A stretch of DNA of 51,664 nucleotides, taken from assembly GCA_030167865.1 (NCBI GenBank), contig JALAGF010000918.1:1-51664 (forward strand). The letters run 5' to 3'. Position 1 is the first letter of the stretch. Each line of letters begins with the position of its first letter. The stretch is from Craspedostauros australis (taxonomy: Eukaryota). The notes beneath the pieces were generated by a model. That model was not told where the DNA came from and searched no databases. It was given only the letters and a program-made list of their open reading frames with translations. Positions 1-13,689 of this stretch are shown piece after piece. The position numbers and the translations under genes are program-made.

Positions 1-118
1 AGCACAAGCATGGAACACAACAGCGAGTGCGCATGGCATTGGCGAGGAAAGTTGTGAAATGGAGCGAAAGAGTGGCGATGATTTGCGGAATTGTGAGCGG
101 ATGGCGATGATGTTGGAT

Positions 119-160
119 GTGTGATGTGTTTTGTGTGATGTGTTTTGTGTGATGTGTTTT
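119..160. repeat. Tandem repeat, 3 x 14-nt unit GTGTGATGTGTTTT
   Basis: Three exact copies read directly at 119-132, 133-146 and 147-160. Confidence 0.9.
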
Positions 161-832
161 GTGACGATCAAAATGTGAGATCATGTGGCGCAGGCTAACG
201 TGTATTTAACGCGTACCAAACGAACGACATTTTCTGCGTCCGGTCCATGACTGACTGCCTCATGATAAATGCATCGGAACAGCATGGAACCTTCTGAAAA
301 ACAACAAGTAGTTTCACGGGGTCGACCCATACGACTTTATCATATTTTTGACTATCCATAAAACTTAAAATAGGATCTAACTAAAAAATCCATCGGTTAA
401 TTATTTATATGGAGACTACGAGGATTATGAATATGTGCTTGGTTTGGATATCGAAGACAAATTTTATAGATGCCAATAACGGAGTGCAGGTCGACTCACT
501 CGGGGGGCTCATATCTTATTCTTATTCTTCTTCACCTCTGCTGTTGCATCGAGGCAAAAGCAAAGGAGAGGGCGACAAGAAGGAGAAAGAGAGGCAGAGG
601 CAGAGCATACCAAGAGAGCAAAGAGAGCATCACTGCACTTGAACTGGACTGGAGCAGACTGATTCCATCGGCATCCACCTGATCCAACCCACACCGAAGG
701 CACCATCGTCGTCCGTACTACTCGTTGTAGTGGCGCTGCGCAGCAATCCAAGACAGCTCGTGGAGTACTTGCGAGAAGCGAGTATTCTCCAAAGAGTTGA
801 GCAAGCATCGGCATCACCGAGCTTCCAACCGG

Positions 833-3800
833 ATGACGATGAGATCGACAGGGATGCCGGCAGGCTCGCCATTGTCGGCAACAGCAGCCTTGGTGCTGCT
901 GCTCGCTGTTGCATCCACGCAACACAATGGAGCAGGCCACGTGTCCGCATTTTCCGTTCCGACCTTGAGCGGTCGCGGATCCGTTGGATCTTCCAACTTC
1001 GTCCGCAATGGGATGATCGAGCATGGCAGAAGTGCATTGCGAACGGGTCGCGTTGGCCGTACGTCAGTCACGGCGTCGTCCTCGTCCCAGATGACCATGG
1101 TCATCGATCGGCTGTCCGACGAATGCGTCAGAGCCGTGCAGGTAGGGCATGACATTGGAAATGATATCGGAGCCGACTATCTCAGTCCAGAGCTCATGTT
1201 TGCTGGTGTTGTGGCACATCCAGAACGGGCAGCTCCACTGCTGGAGGATTCAGGCATCGTGAACGAGGGCGTGAAGCGCGGCGCCATCCGTGCCATCAAG
1301 AAGGACCCGAGCGTCACCTTGAAGATCGGCGGCAACAAGGAACGCGACGCTCTCCCCTTCTCCGTTCCCTCCAAGGCGGTGCTGTCCAAGGCGGCTGAGA
1401 TCGCGGACAGTATGTCCTCGGACGACGTGCATTCCGAGCACGTTCTGCTGGCATTGATGGGATACAACTACGGGCAGAAGATCCAGTCGGCGCCCGTCAT
1501 CAAGGTGCTCGGCAACATGGAGAACCTCGCCAACCGTCAGGTCGACAACAAGTTCTCCGTCTACACCTTCTGCGAAGACCTCATCGCGTCCCTCAACGGC
1601 GGTGCCACCAGCACCATCATCCGAGAGCAGGTGGTCATCGGCGCCAGCAGCGGCAACACCAACACGCTCAACGAGGTCGGCGTGGACATGACGCAGCTCG
1701 CTCTCGATGGCAAGCTCGATGCCGTCTTCGGTCGTGATGCGGAGATCCGCTCGGCGCTGCGCACGCTGGGCCGCCGTCGCAAGAACAACCCTTGCCTCAT
1801 CGGAGATCCAGGAGTCGGAAAGACTGCGGTCGCGGAAGCCATCGCGCAGGTGCTTGCGGAACCGCTTCGCAAGGCCCAGCCAAGCCCCGTCGCCGTGGAA
1901 GTTCCTAAAATCAAGCTTCGTAATCCATTCCGACGCAACAAGGAGGTTGAGACGGAGACGGCCACGGAAGCCGTCGAGGAGGTGGAGTACACGCTGCCAC
2001 CGTGTCCTGTTTCGTTGGCAGGCTTCCGCCTCATCAACGTGGAGCTGGCCAGCCTGGTGGCTGGAACCGCCAACCGTGGAGACTTTGAAAAGAAGATCAA
2101 GAATCTCATCGCCGAGGCCAGCAGCAGCAACGTCATCCTCTTCATCGACGAGATCCACAACCTCATCGGAACAGGTGGAGGAGGTGACGGTGCCATGAAC
2201 GCAGCCAACCTGCTCAAACCCGCATTGGCCAGAGGCGAGCTCCGTATCCTCGGTGCCACGACGACGCCAGAATACAGGCGATACATTGAGAAGGACGGTG
2301 CGCTGGAGCGCCGATTCCAACCGATGGAGGTCAAGGAGCCCACCGTCGAGGAGACCCTGGACATTCTCGCAGCCGTCATGCCCAAGTACGAAGAGTACCA
2401 CGGAGTGGAGTACACCAGCAACGCGCTGCTCGCGGCGGCCAAGCTCAGCGATCGGTACGTGTCGGATCGATTCCTTCCCGACAAGGCAATTGATCTGCTG
2501 GATGAGGCCGGATCCATGATCAAGATGTCGGAAACTGGGGAATCCTTCTTCGTGACGGAGGATGCCATCAACGAGGTCATCTCGCAGATGACCAAGATTC
2601 CGATCGGGAAGCTGGATACGGGCATGAAGGCTCGCCTTCGCAATCTGGAGGAGGAGATTGGAGAGCGTATCAAGGGACAGACCCAAGCGGTCCGATCCGT
2701 CGCCAAGTCTGTCCGCAGAGCTCGTAGCGGCATGCGCGATGGAAAGAGGCCGGTGGCAAGCTTCCTGTTCTGCGGTCCGACGGGTGTCGGTAAGACCGAG
2801 GTTTGCAAGGCCCTGGCCGAGACATACTACGGTCAGGAGAAGGACATGATCCGTATCGACATGAGTGAATACATGGATCGCTTTTCCACAAGCCGTTTGG
2901 TCGGTGCACCACCAGGATACGTCGGTTACGTAAGTGCTTGTCTGTGCAACATGCCATGTGTTGTTTGACCTACCATGTCATGTTCTTGCCAGAGAATGAA
3001 CTGCGAGTCGATCGCGTGTGCTGGATGCGATTCCAATTCTATTGCGATGTATTGGTACTCGCCACGAGTAGAACAGTGCAACACTTTCCACACCACCTTC
3101 TGTGTTGATGCATTTACTCTACGTACTACATGCACCAGCAGCTTCTCACCATTCGGCGTCTTCCCCATTCCTCATTCGTCTTCTGTATTCATCTACTGTA
3201 TCGCACCAACCTCATTTTGCGCCCGCAGGACGAAGGAGGTCAACTTACTGAGGCTGTGCGAAGGAAGCCACACTCTGTTGTCCTGTTCGACGAGGTGGTA
3301 AGTGATGTCAGAGACATGATGGCTGTTGCATACAACCGTCTTGCTGCCTTGATGGAAAGGAGACGCCCCCACCGACGGATTCTTCTTGCCGCAGCCGTTG
3401 TACGAGTACGCTGACGTCCCAACCCGTGATTCTACTCGTACATTCCCTATTCTAACTCACTCACTCACTCGCATGCCCATCCCATCTTTCATACAAATAT
3501 GGTGCGGTGCGCACGAACGCACTCACTTACTCATGCACATGCAGGAGAAAGCGCATGAGGACGTCCTCAACATCCTCCTGCAGGTGATGGATGAAGGTAC
3601 GCTGACTGACGGCAAGGGCCGCACGGTGAACTTCAAGAACACCATCTTCGTGATGACATCAAACGTCGGCAGCCAGCGCATCTTGGAGACTGCCAAGTCC
3701 GCTGACGGTGGCGCCAGCGACTCCGAAGAGAACATCGCCGCCATGAACGACGTGGTGAAGGAGGAGCTGGAGCAGACCATGAAGCCGGAGCTGCTGAATC

Positions 3801-4279
3801 GCATCGACGAGATCGTGGTGTTTACCCCTCTGTCGTACGAGAACCTGAAGGCCATCGCCGACAACCTGATCGCGGAGACCGTGAAGCGCGTGAGCGACGA
3901 CCAGAACATCGACGTGACGGTGTCGGACAACATTGCCGAGATCGTGACGCGCGATGCGCTGCCAGTGGCTAGCCTGTACGGTGCCCGGCCAATTCGAAGG
4001 GCCGTGCAACGGTACCTGGAGGACACCATGGCGGAGGCCATCATGAGCGAGTTCGTGAACGAGGGAGACAAGGTGATCGTGAACCTGAAGGAGCCCAACG
4101 GCGACACCTCCATCGTGAAGGTCACGCGCGAGTCGCTGGCAGGACGCGACGATATGTTCGTGTCAGTGGACAGCAATGGCGGCATTACCTCATCTGAGGA
4201 TCTGGATTACCTTGCCGCATTCGGCGATCTCCCATCCTTGGATGATCCTCCCAAGAGGGAACCAGAAGGCTTCCAATAG
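833..4279 (+). CDS. Nucleus-encoded, plastid-targeted Clp/Hsp100 AAA+ ATPase (ClpC/ClpD/ClpA-like), 3 exons
   Basis: Exons 833-2929, 3229-3297, 3545-4279 with GT..AG introns that join [35 protein letters not shown] in frame. Has a Clp N-domain, NBD1 ([31 protein letters not shown]) and NBD2 ([25 protein letters not shown]). A hydrophobic signal followed by VSA-FSV suggests plastid targeting. 797 is a TTG; the first ATG is 833 (alternatives 839, 854). Confidence 0.9.
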
Positions 4280-5958
4280 ACATCTACGTCGGGCTAAGGG
4301 CCCAGAGTACGATCAGTAGTACTGGGAGTCAGACCATTCTAAGCTCGTTACGAATACTAAACCATACGAACCAAAGCACAATACTCTCCAGAGAGAGAGA
4401 GACGAGTACTCCGCATACGACTACTACAGTACAGACGTCAGACGTCAGACAGAGCAGGACTCCCAACCTGTGCTGTGCTATGCTGTGCCATCTTGTGCTG
4501 ACTGGGTATCCGCAAAGAAAGCTGCGCTTGTCTGTCTCTCCAGAGACTGCATACCAACTGTCGTTGGCATCCTCTTCGGCCAACCGATCTGTTTGGACAG
4601 AACGACGAAAACTACGCCACTCTAGACTCGTATCGTAGATGTCGCCAATAACGTCGACTGGCTGGAATGACCGAAATGTCTTTTGGGGTTTTTGACTGTG
4701 GCGAAAAAAGCAGGTCATGTGTCTTGGAAGACGCTGTTGAGACACGTCCCATAATCGAGTTGCGTCGATCATTGCGGCAAATTCGAAAATCGAGGAAACT
4801 GGCGTGCTCGAGTTGTGACCGAGAAAGCAACGAGAGCAGATGAGGCACCAAGTTTCGCTGGTGTGTGCGCGCCGAATTGCCGTTGGGCGTCGTTAAGGTG
4901 GTTTTACCGTGGATCTGCGAGGAAAAGAACAAACGAAACCTGCGCATCCGACAGCGGTACGTAGCCTTTGTACCAGGACTGTAGTACTTGAAGTAAGGTG
5001 GAATGTCCGCTTTTGCGCGTTGGTGGTTGGCTGGGGCTTCGTGGTGATGATGATTTCAACGGCGCGAGTTGCCACTCCATGGCTGATGCGCCAAACGCAA
5101 CACAGAGAGACGAAGGCAAGACAAACACGCAAAGGCACGGACATCGCATGGCGGAGCCTGGGCAGACAGGCTTCATCCGCACCATCATCAGCAGCGGCAC
5201 CAACAGCAACAGGAACAGCTCAAGAGACCAAGACAGCGAGAGAAGGTCAGCAAGAAGAAGCAACAGCAGCCGGAAACCGCGCGCCGACTTTGAACAACCC
5301 AAACAGCCGAAGACCGCAGGACAGTCGGAGGTCTCGACGAGGTGGGAAGTTGCGCAACGGACTCAAGACAGAGGCAAAGACAGAGGCATTGCCATTGTTG
5401 GAGCGGAGCACGTGAGGAAGCTTGGCGCGCGAAGACAACAGCCACCGCAGGAACCAGTTCATTTCTCAAGGTGAAGCGCCCCGCCACTGCGTCATCAGGC
5501 AACCCAGGCAGGCAAGCAACCCAGGCAAGCAAGGAAGATAGTCTATCCGCGCTCGAGGACGCGAGACACAGCACCACAACCGCACAGGAGCCTCACAACA
5601 GCACCGTGCTCTTCATCATCTCCACACCATTTGCATTGCATTGCACTGCATTACACGCGATAAGTCCCCAAAGACGACTCACAACAAGAGCACTCTGGAG
5701 ACACTCCCCTCATCTCCGGCCATCACCAGCAGAACTCCACCCTCACGACATTGCTCGCGCAAGGACACCCTGACGTTACACAGCGCAACGCAAGGTAACG
5801 CAAGGCAACGTAACACAAGGCAGAGCAGAGCAAAGCCATCATTGATAACGGCAACAGCAGCAACAGCAAGAAGAAGGAGGTGGGACGCAACTCCAACCCA
5901 ACGCCAGGCAGGCAGCAGCATCATTTTTGTCACGGAGTTTAGGCCACGGAGGTCCACA

Positions 5959-10287
<4,329 letters not shown>

Positions 10288-10950
10288 TACGACTCCATCC
10301 GCATGGGGGGCGTCCGCACCGCACTCGTATTGGAGCTGTTTCCTTGGATCATAGAATAATCGAGTTAAGACCCAAACCATAGCTTGCGACCAGCATCTCG
10401 CCGTGTTTGCTGCTTGTGACAACATCATCACTATTAGACAACCGCATGGTTAATCACGTCGTCGACAGCATCGCCAGAGATTGCACTACTTGAGTACCAG
10501 CATGGATGCTTCGACATGACATACCGACCATCAATGCGCCAGCAAAATCAGTCGATGGCAGAGTGATGGTTCCTCCTGTCTTCCTTCGTTTGTTTCATGA
10601 TCTTCGTCGAGCTCAGGCAACGCTCGTAGATTTGGCATGCGACAAATGGAAGCACGGCTGGTCCTCCAGAGAACAAGGTTGCACTTCTCCACGTATGAGT
10701 ACGGGGTGAGCATGATGGTGTAAATACCGTGGAAACCATGCAAAGACAATCAACCTAAGTCTTGATCTTGGACTACAGAGATCTTATACTTCGTCTTTGG
10801 CTCCATCTTGGTGACGCTTCAAGTCAACATGATATACTTGCACGACGGAGCGCTGTAAAATATGTGGCTGGTTTGCTTCCTTGCTTGGTTTGCGAGGTTG
10901 CTTGGTATTGTTTTGTTGTTGTGCTTTTGCTCTTACTCGTACGCTGCTCT

Positions 10951-13029
10951 TTACATCTCATTTTGATGCAAAATCGCCGTGCCATGCTCTTCGAAGTCGG
11001 CTCGGGAAACCCACATGGATTTGAACGTTGCGAGACTGGCAAGGATGGACCCACCAACGAATGTGGAATTGATGCGCTCTGGTGGTGCGGAGATTCGTAT
11101 GCGAGTGTGGGATGGCGATCGCGCGCGGACCTCGTGCAGGATGCGGTCTCCGAAGCCAGGGAACAGGGTGGAACCTCCCGCAAGGACGACCTGGGAGAAC
11201 AGGGTGGATCTCAGATCGATGTCGCTCTTCATGATTGAGTTGACCAGGATATCCGCAACACCAGCTTCTTCGGAACCGACCAGGGATGGGTCGAAGAGGA
11301 TGTTTGGTGCCTGGTACCGTTCCGATGATAACGTGACGGTCTGTCCGTCCGGCAAGGTGTACTGTGTCTTCGCGTCCTTCTCGGCCGTCTCCTCCAGCGT
11401 TCCTGGTTGCGTCAGGTAGCACGTCTCCTCCTTCATTCGCTTGACGAGATCGGCCTCGGCTGTGGTTGTGAAAGTGAGGCCGGAGCGCCGCAACAGGAGC
11501 TGCATTTGGCGGGTGACATCCCGTCCTGCCACATCGGAGCGGGTGACGGAGTGCGGCAGCGCGAATCCTTCGTAGACAGGAACGGCATGGGTGACGCCTT
11601 CACCAACATCGAGGACGACGCCGGTCGTTCTTCCGGATGCGTAGAGACTGAGGACAGCTGGAGGGGCGAAGAAAACGGCCGGTGCGCGGAATGTTTCGAA
11701 GAAGATTTCTGCCACCTTGTCGCGGTTCTGTCTCGGGTTCATGGGTGCCTCTGTGAGGAGCACTGGATGGTCGTCGGTCTTGACGTTTAGGTTATCTTTC
11801 GAGTAGAGATGCTGCAGTTGTCGATATCCGAAGAGCCCAGGCGATCGATCGGTGAATAGATTGGAAATATTTGATGAATGGTTGGATGGTTGGACAGCAA
11901 GGTGAGTGGTAGTAACAATGGCGATGATATCGACGCTCCGCGTTGTGGCACGTCGATGGGAACAGCTGATCCTGACTTCACACAAAAAGAAGACACATCC
12001 AACTGCTGTTTCACACCTCGATCCATCTTGCTCTCTTTTGGTGTATGTGCAGCACATTCATGAGACTTCTTCATGAGACATTTGCCACTCCAATCACACA
12101 CGCTGTGCATCATATGATTGTGGACGTGCGTTGTTCGACATCAGCCTTGGCAAGGGCCAATGTGTCATCGTAGAGTGCTTGGATGCAAATGCAATAGAGA
12201 CGCAAACACATGGCTTGTCATGTGTATTCCTCATAACGAGGTGTGGCGAGGCAGGCAGCTCAATGCCTCAGCCAAGTAATCGAACAGCCAACATGAAGAT
12301 GACGGACTTGTATCGTGCCTTACCTCCCAAAGATTCTCCATGGCATCCCATCCTCCGTCAACGACGTATCCCTTGTCCATTGGGTATTCGAGCAGGAAAG
12401 AACCGCGGTGATCATCCAGCTTCTTTCCAACAAAGACAGACGATGGTCCAGCAAGCGTCTGTTCCGATTCCAATGCCCCGCCGGGCATGATGCGCATGTG
12501 CTTGGCCCGGCCCACCTTCGTCCCTATGACGACCTGCGCATCACATCACACACGTAAATCGATTGTGTACACCGAAATGAAGAAGAATAGCAACAGGGGT
12601 TGCATCGATAGCAACACGCATGGAATCGTTGCCATTCGATGCAGCGCCGATACGAGCGTCCCGAATGATATGGCAGTTCACAAGAGCGCGAAATGCAAAA
12701 GATTTGGAAGGAGATTAGCACGTCACAAGGATTGGTGGGTTAGTCATGCATACTGGTAGAGCAGTAGCGTGCATAGCAGTATTGCGTTTGGATCTTGCGG
12801 AGCACCAGCATATCCAAACGCTGGGAAGTTGCGTCGCAGTGGTTGCTCTTAAAGTGTCCACGCTAGTACGTGCGCAAGTACGTGCTCAAGTAAGTGTGCT
12901 CACCTTTGGCTTGGAGCTTCCGGCAAAGCCTGCCTTGAGCGTGGATGTGCCATTGTCAATGACGACGGGCTGGTTCAGCAGCAGCGAACTGCCTGCCTCT
13001 GCGGCGACCGCGGCTTCCTCTGCGGACAT
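10951..13029 (-). CDS. ARP1: Actin-related protein 1 (centractin, dynactin filament subunit), 3 exons
   Basis: Exons 13029-12904, 12533-12324, 11811-10951. The spliced protein reads NQPVVIDNGTSTLKAGFAG..VGRAKHMRIMPGGALE..HLYSKDNL..HPVLLTEAPMNPRQNRDKVAEIFFETF..YEGFALPHS..RIRISAPPER. KHMRIMxGALE, YSKDxL and YEGFAxPHS are centractin-type rather than conventional actin. Confidence 0.85.
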
Positions 13030-13689
13030 GTTTGGTACTGGCTGTCGTGGCGTTCCTTGCTATGATACCTCGCTCTGGATCCTTGCGTTTGGGTGGTGGG
13101 ATGGATGCAGCCTTCTCCTGTTGCGTTGGGGTGGAGCTGTCGTTGTCGTTGTCGTTGTCGTTGTTGTTGCGGCTTCGTTTGGTACTCGTTGCTGCAGTAT
13201 CGGTCTTCGCTGGTGGTATCGTCGTTGTGGTTGTTCTTGTTGTGATTGTTGTTGTTGTTGGCTTTTGCTTGGGCACTACCGTTCTCCGCACACTGCAGCT
13301 CCCTCCGAAGCACACGCAACGGATGTGCTGCCAACACGACAGCAACCCACACAGACATTTCGACTTTCATCCTTCGCCAGCCAGCCAACAGCGACAAAAA
13401 TGATCCACGCTCGACTAAGGCGAATCAATATGTTGTTGCGAACCCACATCACGCTACGTGGCACAAAACTAGGTCAATGGCGCACGATTTCGAAGGGATC
13501 GTGCCGCCCCTGTGGAAGTGTATGTTCATGTCCATGTGCAGTCATCGTTCTTGCGCTGGCGCTGGATGCAAATACATTGCGCTACTTTACACAGGAGTAG
13601 TGACAAGTATGGCAACATAGACAATGATTCCTATTGCATTCATTGGCTCGACCAAACAAGAAGTGTAATAGAAGGGATACTATGAATCA

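Noticed and set aside
119..160. 14-nt repeat as a CRISPR or telomeric array
   Set aside because: No spacers, only three units, not TTAGGG-like, and no cas genes in a eukaryotic context.
315..500. GTCGAC-containing ends as MITE terminal inverted repeats
   Set aside because: The match is limited to a self-palindromic 6-7-mer; no extended TIR or target-site duplication visible.
1250..2808. Long antisense ORFs (478 aa, 415 aa) over the Clp gene, and similar ones over CASP, the STAND ATPase, the hydrolase and RAD51
   Set aside because: Shadow ORFs caused by GC3-rich codon usage on the coding strand; no independent motifs.
4329..5958. Several 100-170 aa ORFs between Clp and SRPK, and the 106-aa upstream extension of the SRPK ORF
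   Set aside because: Low-complexity CAG/CAA-rich promoter or 5'UTR-like DNA; non-ATG starts and no domain signal.
12746..13600. 284-aa plus-strand ORF with poly-Val/Cys
   Set aside because: Antisense to ARP1 exon 1 and its CAA/GAC-repeat 5' region; the composition comes from microsatellites.
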